Origin: Planctomycetota bacterium
GTDB lineage: Bacteria; Planctomycetota; UBA1135; UBA2386
Direction: 5' to 3'
Length of the DNA: 17,419 bases
NCBI GenBank assembly: GCA_016793265.1
Contig: JAEUHT010000259.1
Location: forward strand, 1-17,419
This document shows, one piece after another, positions 1-7,367 of this stretch (position 1 is its first letter; every line of letters starts with the position of its first letter). The notes under the pieces are model-generated. The model was not told the origin of the DNA. It saw only the letters and a program-made list of their open reading frames with translations, and searched no databases. The position numbers were made by a program, and so were the translations under genes.

Positions 1-59
1 GGCGTGCGCACCAACAGCGCCGCCAGCAGGCCGGTCGCCACCCGATGGGCGACCAGCGG

Positions 60-86
60 GCGCGCCGGCGCAGAGCGTCGGCGCGC
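60..86 (-). terminator. GC-rich hairpin (8-bp stem gcgcgccg/cggcgcgc, 11-nt loop) 6 nt downstream of the thioredoxin-fold gene stop; no U tract
   Basis: Inverted repeat 60-67 / 79-86, read directly from the sequence. Its position immediately 3' of the stop at 92-94 on the minus strand fits a terminator-like structure. There is no T-run, so it may be non-functional or factor-dependent. Confidence 0.3.
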
Positions 87-91
87 GGCGG

Positions 92-1336
92 TCACTTCTT
101 CGCCTTGGCCGCGTCGAGCGCAGTCTGCAGTTCCTTGACGAAGTCCTCGGGCTTGTTCCAGCCGCCGATGAAGTGCAGCTTGTTGCCGTCGCCGTCGAAG
201 ATGCCCATCGCCGGGATGCCGCGGGCCTCGAGCTTGTCCATCAGCTTCTTGTAGTCTCCGGCCAGGTCCTGCTCCTGGATGAGCTTGACCGGCACGAACG
301 AGCCGTTCAGCAGCTCGGCGACCTCCTTGTCGGGGTAGGTCGTGTAGTCCATGCGGTAGCACCACACGCACCAGAACGCCATCACGTCGATGAACAGCGG
401 CTTGCCGCTCTTCTTGGCCATCGCCAGGCCCTCATCGAACGACACGTAGTGCCATTGGATCGGTGCCGTCGCCAGCGGCCGGCCCTCGTCGAGCTGGCGC
501 GCCTTGTAGAACTCGGCGCGGTCCTTGTCGAAGCGCTCGTGCCACAGCTTCTCGACGCGTTCCCGGTGGGCGGCGGCGTCCTTGGCGTCCGGCGCCGTGG
601 CCGGCGTCGCCGTCACCTGCACGACCTTGTCCTTGACGCTGATGCCGAGCAGCTGGTCCTTGTCGAAGCGGCGCTCACGCATGCCGCTGAGGCCGTAGGC
701 GCTGGTGGGGTTGTTGTCGCCGGCCTTGCGCGCGGTCCACAGGTCGCCGGCGCTGCCGTAGGTGCCGTCCTGGTCCTTGTCGACGATGGCGATGGTCTGC
801 TCGACGTCGCCGAGCTTGACCGTGGCTTCGAGGTAGTTCGAGAACTGCAGACTCGCGGTGGCGGTGTCGCCGCGGGCCATGACGCCGACCTTGGCCGGCA
901 GTTCGACGCCGCCGAGCTTCAGCGTGCAGTCGATCGCCTTGCCGACGCCGATCTTGGTGTTGCCGCGGCCCTTCTGCTCCTCGACGGTCAGCTCGAGCTG
1001 TTCGTTCTTGTTGAACTTGCCGTCGCCGTCGAGGTCGATGGCGAGGCGGTCGGGCCACTCGAGGTCGGCCTTCGACTTGCCCACCAGCACGGCGACGCTC
1101 TTCTCGCGCACGGTGCAGGTGCCGCCGAGCACGCCGTTGAGGCCGTCCCAGGTCGGCAGCCCGTCGAGCGTGGCCTTCAGGGTCACGGCTTCGCTGTTGG
1201 GCATCACCGGCGGGCGCGCCTCGCGGTTGCTGAGGTCGGCGACCTTGACGGTGCCGGTGGCGGTGGCGGACGTCTGCGCCAGCAAGGCCGGGCAGAGGGC
1301 GAGGGAAGTCAGGGTGTAGCGGAGCATCGGGTTCAT
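92..1336 (-). CDS. Secreted thioredoxin-fold protein: C-terminal thioredoxin-like domain (Thioredoxin_7/DUF255-like, WCVWC redox motif) preceded by a region with two EF-hand-like DxDxDG loops
   Basis: 414-aa ORF, ATG at 1336 and TGA at 92-94. The N-terminus MNPMLRYTLTSLALCPALLAQTS looks like a signal peptide. The C-terminal ~100 aa (KPLFIDVMAFWCVWCYRMD...GIPAMGIFDGDGNKLHFIGGW) has thioredoxin-fold topology with a CxxC pair; the AFWCVWC codons sit at about 355-375. DLDGDGKFNKNE and DKDQDGTYGSAGD resemble Ca-binding loops. No SD is visible upstream. Confidence 0.7.
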   Translation of the reverse strand: MNPMLRYTLTSLALCPALLAQTSATATGTVKVADLSNREARPPVMPNSEAVTLKATLDGLPTWDGLNGVLGGTCTVREKSVAVLVGKSKADLEWPDRLAIDLDGDGKFNKNEQLELTVEEQKGRGNTKIGVGKAIDCTLKLGGVELPAKVGVMARGDTATASLQFSNYLEATVKLGDVEQTIAIVDKDQDGTYGSAGDLWTARKAGDNNPTSAYGLSGMRERRFDKDQLLGISVKDKVVQVTATPATAPDAKDAAAHRERVEKLWHERFDKDRAEFYKARQLDEGRPLATAPIQWHYVSFDEGLAMAKKSGKPLFIDVMAFWCVWCYRMDYTTYPDKEVAELLNGSFVPVKLIQEQDLAGDYKKLMDKLEARGIPAMGIFDGDGNKLHFIGGWNKPEDFVKELQTALDAAKAKK

Positions 1337-1445
1337 GGTTTGGCAGCGGGGCGCGGTCGCGGGCCCGGTGAACCGCAGATGCTAGGGGCGCGGGCGCCAG
1401 GGCGGCGTACCGACTTTGTCCGCGCGCACGGAGGGAGCGTCGCCC

Positions 1446-3539
1446 TTACTTGCCGAACCTGTCGATCGGCTGCCGCGAGACCTCGCCATAGACGTCGGGC
1501 GTGGTGCCGTCGTCGGCCAGCATGGCGCGGTTCCACGGTTGCGGCGCGATCGCCACCAGCAGCACCTTCATCGGGCCGGAGCCGGTGTCCACCTCGACGG
1601 GGGTCGGGAAGTAGCGGAACGAGCAGGGCACGCTCTTGCCGCCGTCGCCGGGCAGCGGCAGCGCTTCGGCGTCGGGGTCGTGCGGCGTCAGCAGCAGCGC
1701 ATCGGCGGGCAGGCCCCCCTGGGCGACGAGTTCGCCGAGGCTGGCCGGCAGCTTGCCTTCGTGTTGGGCCTGCCAGCGCTCGATCGCCTGCCAGATGCGC
1801 GCGAGCTGGTGCTTGCCGATCGCGGCGGTGAGCTGGGCGGTCTGGTAGTCGGAGGTCATCTCCGCCCACAACATCGGCGCGTAGACCATCGCCAGCGCCG
1901 CGGTCTCGACGCCGCCGAGCGTGCCGAGCTGCTGCAGCCGCCAGGTGTCGCCGTCGCGCCGCAGCAGGCCGCGGCCCTTGCCGAGCAGCTCGGCGACGTC
2001 CTCCGGCGCCGGCATCTCGTCGCGCTTCAGCAGCGGCTGCTGTTGGCGGCCCATTTGCGCGATCTCGTAGAGCGGCAACCAGATCTCGTGGAAGGCGGTG
2101 TAGATCGCCGCGGTGTCGAAGCGCACGTCGAACGGCAGTCGTTCCCCGCGGCCGGCAGGCTCCGGGGCGTCGCCGACGTCCATCACCGCAACCCCGTCGG
2201 CGCGCGCCTTCAGGAACGCGCGCATGCTGGTGCCGGTCTCGGCGATGTGCAGCACGCCGTCGAGCTGGCACCACGTCGGTTGGAAGGCCGGCGGCACGCC
2301 CTGGTATTGCAGCACCGTGCACGGCACATCTTCGTAGGTGACTTGCTTCTGCTTGGCCCCGGTCGCCAGCGCCGCCAGCACGCGCGCGAGCGCGTCCTGG
2401 TCGCCGATACCGAGGGAGAGGTAGATACGCGGCACCAGTTGGCCACGCGCTGGCGCCGTGACGCCGATGGCCAGGCCGCCGGAGAACGCGGCGACCACGT
2501 CGGCCTCTTGCAGCGGACCGAGGTCGCCGCCGGCGAGGCCCTGCAGCGCCGAGTACAGCGTGGCGACGTCGACCGCGGCGCGCAGTTGGGCCAGCGCGCC
2601 CTCGGGCAGCGGCTGCGCCGGCAGCGCCGCCTTGCCGCCGAGCAGCGCCCCGACGAGCCCCTTCGGTTCTCCCTCGCAGCGCACCGCGAGCGTATCGAGC
2701 AGCTGGTCCCCGGCGAACTCGAGCTGCCAGGAGAACTCCTGCAGGGTGTCGAAGCCGAGCATCGCGAACTCGGCCGGCACGCCGCCGCCCATGTCCGCGA
2801 ACATGCGCACGTACTGCTGCAGCTGCATCGACATCGTCAGCGCGGCCGGGCCGGGCGGCGGCGGCGAGGCGATCTCGGCGCAGTGTTCGATCAGGCCGCT
2901 GCCGCTGGCGAAGGAGCCGGGCAGGTGCAGCATCCACAGGCGCGTGCCACGCAGGAACTCGAAGTTGGGGTCGTTCTCGTCGAGTCCGGTCGGCGCCCAC
3001 GCATAACCCGGGTAGCCGTCGACCTTGCCTTCGTCGAGGCTCTGCCAGTGCTTGCTCGCGTTCATGCGCGCGGCGCGCTGCTCGAAGCGCGCCGTCCAGC
3101 GGCCTTCGGCGCGCGGCGTGCAGCGCAGCACGACCGCGGTGCCGGGGCGATGCTCGCCGTCGACCGGGCCGCTGGCCATCAGTTCGAAGCGCACGAGCTC
3201 GGCGAGGTCGGGCATCTCCATCATCGACAGCGGCGAGCTGATGCGGTTGGAGATCACCCACGGATCGAGCGCGACCTCGAGCCGGTCGGCGGTGTCCAGC
3301 AGGGCTTCGGTGTGCGTGAGCCTGGCGGTGAAGCGGCGCCGCGCGAGCTCGTAGGCCTCGGCGACGTCCGCGGCCGCCAGCAGCCTGGCGAGCCGGCTCT
3401 GCGCCAACTGCTGGCGCAGCTTCGGCACGTCCTCGGCGACGAAGCCGCCGAGCCGGTTCTTCGGCACGAGGGTCGGCGGGCCCTGGGCGATCAGGGGCGC
3501 GGCGAGGGCGAGAAGGGCGAGGGCGGTGGCTCTGGACAT
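1446..3539 (-). CDS. Secreted hypothetical protein (697 aa), no family recognised
   Basis: The ORF has diverse, protein-like amino-acid composition. The N-terminus MSRATALALLALAAPLIAQG is a classic signal peptide. ATG at 3539, stop at 1446. I saw no HExxH or other catalytic motif. Same strand as the upstream flotillin gene, with a 111-bp gap. Confidence 0.6.
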   Translation of the reverse strand: MSRATALALLALAAPLIAQGPPTLVPKNRLGGFVAEDVPKLRQQLAQSRLARLLAAADVAEAYELARRRFTARLTHTEALLDTADRLEVALDPWVISNRISSPLSMMEMPDLAELVRFELMASGPVDGEHRPGTAVVLRCTPRAEGRWTARFEQRAARMNASKHWQSLDEGKVDGYPGYAWAPTGLDENDPNFEFLRGTRLWMLHLPGSFASGSGLIEHCAEIASPPPPGPAALTMSMQLQQYVRMFADMGGGVPAEFAMLGFDTLQEFSWQLEFAGDQLLDTLAVRCEGEPKGLVGALLGGKAALPAQPLPEGALAQLRAAVDVATLYSALQGLAGGDLGPLQEADVVAAFSGGLAIGVTAPARGQLVPRIYLSLGIGDQDALARVLAALATGAKQKQVTYEDVPCTVLQYQGVPPAFQPTWCQLDGVLHIAETGTSMRAFLKARADGVAVMDVGDAPEPAGRGERLPFDVRFDTAAIYTAFHEIWLPLYEIAQMGRQQQPLLKRDEMPAPEDVAELLGKGRGLLRRDGDTWRLQQLGTLGGVETAALAMVYAPMLWAEMTSDYQTAQLTAAIGKHQLARIWQAIERWQAQHEGKLPASLGELVAQGGLPADALLLTPHDPDAEALPLPGDGGKSVPCSFRYFPTPVEVDTGSGPMKVLLVAIAPQPWNRAMLADDGTTPDVYGEVSRQPIDRFGK

Positions 3540-3597
3540 GTTCCTCAGCGGGACGGCGGTTGCCGCCGCAGCTACGGTAGCGGCCCGCCGGCGCGGT

Positions 3598-3630
3598 GCC
3601 AGCCACGCCAGCGCAACGGCGGTGGCTGGC
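3598..3630 (-). terminator. Hairpin (9-bp stem GCCAGCCAC/GTGGCTGGC, 15-nt loop) 21 nt downstream of the flotillin stop; no U tract
   Basis: Perfect inverted repeat 3598-3606 / 3622-3630. It lies in the 111-bp gap between flotillin and the secreted hypothetical gene. Confidence 0.3.
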
Positions 3631-3650
3631 CGCGCCGCACCGCCGGTGCG

Positions 3651-5252
3651 TCAGGACTTCGGCGGGGTCTTCGTCGGCGCCGATGCGGCAGCGGCGACCG
3701 CCGGCTCGGTCGCGGTCTCGCCGGCGAGCTTGCCGAGGAACGGCGGCATCTCGACGCCGCCGATGTCCTTCATCATCTGCAGCATCGGCGGCAGACTGCC
3801 GGCGAGACCCTGCAGGAAGCTCGCGGTGGCGTGCTTGCCGTCCTTGCCGGCGCCGCCGTCCCAGACCACGACCTTGTCGAACTTGACGTTGGCGATCGCC
3901 TTCGCCGCGGTCTCGGCGAGCTGCGGCAGGTGCTCGAGCATCAGCAACTGGAACGCCTGCTGGGCGCCGCCGCAGCCTTCGACGATGCGCTGCAGACCTT
4001 CGGCCTTCTTGGCCAGGATCTCGAACTGGCCCCGGGCCTCGGCTTCGAGCCGGGCGAACGTCGCCGCGGCCTCGGCGTTGGCGCGCAGGCGCACCTGCTC
4101 GGCTTCGGCCTCGGCATCGACGATCAGGCGCGCCTTCTGCGCCTTCGCCGCGGCTTCGAGCTCGGCGCGCTGTTCGCTCTCGATCTTCGTCGCCATCGCG
4201 TCGGCGGCCTTGGCCTCGGCGAGGTACTGCATCTCGCGGACCTTGGCCTCGGCCTCGCGCTTGCGCGTCTCGGCGAGCTGGTAGGCCTCGGCCTGGCGCA
4301 CCTTCAGGGTGGCGTCGGCGTCGACCACCTTGGCGCGCGCCAGGTTCTCGCCGGTGACCGCCGCGGCTTCGGCGTCGGCGACCCGCACACGCATCTGCCG
4401 TTCCTGCTCCTTGACCGCGCTCTGTTGTTCGAGCTGGGCGAGGCTCTGGCCGATGCCGGTCTCCTTGGCCAGTTCGGCCAGCTTGACCAGCTTCTCGCGC
4501 TCGGCCTCCTTGGTGCCGATCTCGCGTGTCTTCTCGGCGTTGGCGACCATCACGTCCTGCTCACGCTTGGCCTCGGCGACGCCGATCGAGCCGCGCTTCT
4601 GCTGCTGCGCGACGTCGATCTCGGCCGACTGGATGGCCTCCGACGCCGCCTTGCGGCCCATCGCCTCGATGTAGCCGGACTCGTCGGTGATGTCGGTGAT
4701 GTTGACGTTGATCAGCACGAGGCCGATCTTCTCGAGCTCCGGCGTCAGCGAGTTCTGCACGCTGTCGAGGAACTTGTCGCGGTTCCGGTTGATGTCCTCG
4801 ATCGTCATCGAGGCGATCACCTGGCGCAGCTGGCCGAGGATGATGTCCTCCGCCTGCTTCATCACCTGGCGCTGATCGAGGCCGAGCAGGCGGATCGCCG
4901 CCGTCTGCATGACGGTCGCTTCGGTGCCGACCGCGACGGTGAACACCGACGGCACGTTGACGCGGATGTTCTCGGCCGAGAGCGCCCCGCGCAGCGGGAT
5001 CTCGATCTGCATCGGGTCGAGGGTCAGGAACGCGTAGTCCTGGATCAGCGGCCAGACGAAGGCGCCACCGCCGTGCAGACAGCGCGCCGACTGGCCGCGC
5101 GAGACCTTGCCGTAGATGACGAGGATCTTGTTGCTCGGGCAGCGCTTGTAGCGCTTGACCACCATGATCAGGAAGCCGAGCACGATCAGCGCGGCGGCGA
5201 TGCTGGTCAGCATCAGGAGGGTGTTCGAGTCGAGATCGGCGAACGCGGTCAT
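3651..5252 (-). CDS. floT: Flotillin (SPFH/band-7 domain protein, FloT/YqiK-like)
   Basis: 533 aa. N-terminal TM segment LLMLTSIAAALIVLGFLIMVV, then the SPFH core (KILVIYGKV...IPLRGALSAENIRVNVPSVFTV...), then a long Ala/Glu/Lys-rich coiled-coil flotillin region and a C-terminal tail. AAGGAG lies 3 nt upstream of the ATG at 5252. TGA at 3651-3653. Confidence 0.9.
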   Translation of the reverse strand: MTAFADLDSNTLLMLTSIAAALIVLGFLIMVVKRYKRCPSNKILVIYGKVSRGQSARCLHGGGAFVWPLIQDYAFLTLDPMQIEIPLRGALSAENIRVNVPSVFTVAVGTEATVMQTAAIRLLGLDQRQVMKQAEDIILGQLRQVIASMTIEDINRNRDKFLDSVQNSLTPELEKIGLVLINVNITDITDESGYIEAMGRKAASEAIQSAEIDVAQQQKRGSIGVAEAKREQDVMVANAEKTREIGTKEAEREKLVKLAELAKETGIGQSLAQLEQQSAVKEQERQMRVRVADAEAAAVTGENLARAKVVDADATLKVRQAEAYQLAETRKREAEAKVREMQYLAEAKAADAMATKIESEQRAELEAAAKAQKARLIVDAEAEAEQVRLRANAEAAATFARLEAEARGQFEILAKKAEGLQRIVEGCGGAQQAFQLLMLEHLPQLAETAAKAIANVKFDKVVVWDGGAGKDGKHATASFLQGLAGSLPPMLQMMKDIGGVEMPPFLGKLAGETATEPAVAAAASAPTKTPPKS

Positions 5253-5322
5253 GGCTCTCCTTGGCGAGGGACGCGGGCGGGGAAACGCGGACGAAGGACG
5301 AGACGGGGGAGGCGGGGGGCGC

Positions 5323-5874
5323 TCAGGCGGCGGCTTCGACGACGAGCAGGTCGCCGTCGAGGCGGTCGATGACCCGCACCGGGGTGCCGGTCGGCAGCTC
5401 GGTGGAGCGCGAGATGGCGCGGCACTCGAGGCGGCGACCTTGTACGTCGATCAGCACGCGGCCGTGGCCGTTGCCGGAGCAGGGCACGCGCAGATAGACG
5501 GTGCCGGTGGTGCCGATGGCGTTGGCGAGGTCGACGTTGCCCTGCGACTGCAGCCGCAGCAGGCCGCGCGTCAGTTGGGTGACGAAGTAGAGCGCGACGA
5601 GGCCGGCCAGCGAAGCGGCGAGTGCGACCGCGGTCGGCGACCAGCCGGCCTTCTCGGTGGTCATGCCGATCAGGCCGAAGAAAGTGGCGAAGGTGGTCAC
5701 CGTCTGGATCGACAGCAGCTTCAAGAACGGCGCCTGGTCGTGGCCGAAGTCGGCGCCATCGGCGCTGCCGTCGTGCAGTTCGCCGTCGTGGCCGGCGCCG
5801 AGCAACAGCAGCAGGAACTGCAGCACCAGCAGCGAGCCTCCGATCGCGGCGCAGTACAGGAAGACGTTGCTCAT
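5323..5874 (-). CDS. NfeD-like membrane protein (YuaF/YqiJ family, flotillin-associated)
   Basis: 183 aa counted from the internal ATG at 5874 (MSNVFLYCAAIGGSLLVLQFLLLLLG). It has three hydrophobic segments and then a C-terminal beta-barrel-type NfeD domain (GTTGTVYLRVPCSGNGHGRVLIDVQGRRLECRAISRSTELPTGTPVRVIDRLDGDLLVVE). GGAG lies ~6 nt upstream of the ATG. It sits 70 bp upstream of the flotillin gene, the canonical nfeD-flotillin pairing. The longer ORF-track start at 5982 gives an Arg/Pro-rich, non-protein-like N-terminus and is rejected. Confidence 0.8.
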   Translation of the reverse strand: MSNVFLYCAAIGGSLLVLQFLLLLLGAGHDGELHDGSADGADFGHDQAPFLKLLSIQTVTTFATFFGLIGMTTEKAGWSPTAVALAASLAGLVALYFVTQLTRGLLRLQSQGNVDLANAIGTTGTVYLRVPCSGNGHGRVLIDVQGRRLECRAISRSTELPTGTPVRVIDRLDGDLLVVEAAA

Positions 5875-5894
5875 CGGACTCCGGGGACGCGGGT

Positions 5895-5912
5895 GGGCAG
5901 CGGACCGGGGCA
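5895..5912. promoter_or_regulatory. Perfect palindrome CCGGGG-catgtt-CCCCGG, 21 nt upstream of the nfeD-like start (operator or 5'-UTR hairpin candidate)
   Basis: The inverted repeat is seen directly. It lies in the 172-bp gap between the CNNM stop and the nfeD-like start. A second CCGGGG copy is at 5882-5887. Confidence 0.2.
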
Positions 5913-6046
5913 TGTTCCCCGGCGGCCGTGCTGAGGTGGACGGATTTGTGCCAAGAATGTCGTCGCGGTGGGGGCCGCGCACCCGGGCGACAACGGCCGC
6001 TGGCGACCACCGGACCCCGCCGGCGACCGCGCCGCGGCGCCCTCGG

Positions 6047-7300
6047 TCAACTGGCGTCGGCGTCGTCCGTCGCCGTCGCTTCGCGGCGGTGGATGCGCAC
6101 GCGTTCGGCGCGGCGGTTGTTCGCCTTGGTCACCACGAAGCGGTAGGGGCCGACGTCGACGTGGGCGCCCGGCGTCGGCACCGTGCCGAGCCGTTCGGCC
6201 ATGAAGCCGGAGATGGTATTGCTGGTCGCGTCGACGTCGCCGAGGCCGAGATCCGCGAACAGCCTGGCCACCTCGGCGACGCCGCGGCAGAGCCAGGAGC
6301 CATCCGGTCGCTTGATCACGCTCGGTTCTTCGGTGTCGAGTTCGTCCTCGATCTCGCCGACGATCTCCTCGAGCACGTCTTCGAGCGTGATGATGCCGCG
6401 CGTCGAACCGTACTCGTCGACGACGATGCCCATGTGGCGTTTGGCCCGCTGGAAGCGGCGCAGCACGTGGTTGAGCGTCGCCGACTCGGGCACCACCAAC
6501 ACCGGCACGCTGAGCTCGGCCCAGTCGGGCGCGACGTTCTCCCGCAGCGAGAACAGCAGCTCCTTGGTGAGGATCACGCCGCTGACCTGGTCGAGGTCGC
6601 CGGTGGGCGTGTAGGGGAAGCGGCTGTGGCCGGCGCGGCGCACGAGGTTGAGGTTGCTCTCGGTCGTCGCTGCGCCCGACAGGTAGGCGACGCGGTCGCG
6701 CGGCACCATGATCTCGCGGGCCTTGGTGTCGCGCAGGCGCGTCGCGTTCTGGATCAGCTCGGCGGTGATCGGGCCGAAGGCGCCCTGGCTCGCGCCCATC
6801 GTCGTCAGCACGCGGATCTCCTCGAGCGAGGTGGTGCGGCCGGTGTGCTCGCCGGCGAACAGCCGCGACAGGGCGCGCGTCAGCAGCAGCACCGGCGCCA
6901 CGGTCACGACGAGGCCTTGCACGAGCCAGGCGATCGGCACCGCCAGCCGGTCGGCGTGCACGACGCCGAAGGTCTTCGGCACGATCTCGGTGAACGCCAG
7001 CACGGTGACCACGAAGGCGGCCGCGAACCAGGCCGGCGACCAGCCCGGGAACGCGTGCGAGAACTGGTCGGTGGCGATCGCCGCACCGCCGGAGTTGGCG
7101 ATCGTATTGACCACCAGGATCGCGGCGATCGGTCGGTCCGGTTCGCGGCGGAAGCGCCGCAGCAGCTGGCCGGCGCGGCTGCCCGATTGCGCCAGGGCCT
7201 CGACGTGCGCCTGCCCCACGCTCAGCAGCGTCGCTTCGGCCAGCGAGCAGAAGAACGAGAACAGCAGCGACAGCGAGACGGCCAGCGCGAACAGCAGCAT
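6047..7300 (-). CDS. CNNM/CorC-HlyC family membrane protein (DUF21 transmembrane + CBS pair + CorC_HlyC transporter-associated domain)
   Basis: 417 aa. The N-terminal DUF21-type TM region is MLLFALAVSLSLLFSFFCSLAEATLLSV...VVNTIANSGGAAI. The CBS-pair region is REIMVPRDRVAYLS...GIVVDEYGSTRGIITLEDVLEEIVGEIEDE. The C-terminal part is WLCRGVAEVARLFADLG...GFMAERLGTVP...FVVTKANNRRAERVRIHR. TGA at 6047-6049. Confidence 0.85.
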   Translation of the reverse strand: MLLFALAVSLSLLFSFFCSLAEATLLSVGQAHVEALAQSGSRAGQLLRRFRREPDRPIAAILVVNTIANSGGAAIATDQFSHAFPGWSPAWFAAAFVVTVLAFTEIVPKTFGVVHADRLAVPIAWLVQGLVVTVAPVLLLTRALSRLFAGEHTGRTTSLEEIRVLTTMGASQGAFGPITAELIQNATRLRDTKAREIMVPRDRVAYLSGAATTESNLNLVRRAGHSRFPYTPTGDLDQVSGVILTKELLFSLRENVAPDWAELSVPVLVVPESATLNHVLRRFQRAKRHMGIVVDEYGSTRGIITLEDVLEEIVGEIEDELDTEEPSVIKRPDGSWLCRGVAEVARLFADLGLGDVDATSNTISGFMAERLGTVPTPGAHVDVGPYRFVVTKANNRRAERVRIHRREATATDDADAS

Positions 7301-7367
7301 CGGGGCGGGTGGGGGGAATCCTCCGCGGCCCAGGGTAGCTGTTGGCGGGCGAGGATAAAGCCCGGAC

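Noticed and set aside
1-59. Possible start of a further minus-strand gene at the left edge (GTG GCG ACC GGC CTG CTG GCG GCG CTG TTG = VATGLLAALL)
   Set aside because: Fewer than 20 codons are visible before the window edge, with no start or SD context. That is too little to call.
45-254. Small plus-strand ORF (69 aa) overlapping the thioredoxin-fold gene 3' end
   Set aside because: It is antisense to a supported CDS, with an Arg-rich low-complexity translation.
1416-5372. Very long plus-strand ORFs (1318 aa at 1416..5372; also 173..1831, 5657..7441, 7464..8780, the 10258..12087 part of the 10258..13749 ORF, and minus-strand 8512..9948, 10181..11845, 12364..13677, 13665..14579, 15463..17409)
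   Set aside because: Their translations are Arg/Gly/Ala/Pro-rich low-complexity strings with no motifs. They lie antisense to, or off-frame from, genes with clear family signatures. Stop-codon-poor alternative frames are expected at >70% GC.
5935-5956. Possible sigma-54 -24 element (cTTGGCACaaatc, minus strand) upstream of the nfeD-like gene
   Set aside because: The -12 position that should read TTGCW with the GC dinucleotide at fixed spacing is CCGTC here, and the element lies >60 nt from the start. It does not fit the consensus.
5875-6046. A tRNA/ncRNA or mobile-element remnant in the largest intergenic gap (172 bp)
   Set aside because: I see no cloverleaf-compatible arms, no GTTCRA T-loop box, and no terminal inverted repeats or direct repeats. 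Only the short CCGGGG palindrome was noted.
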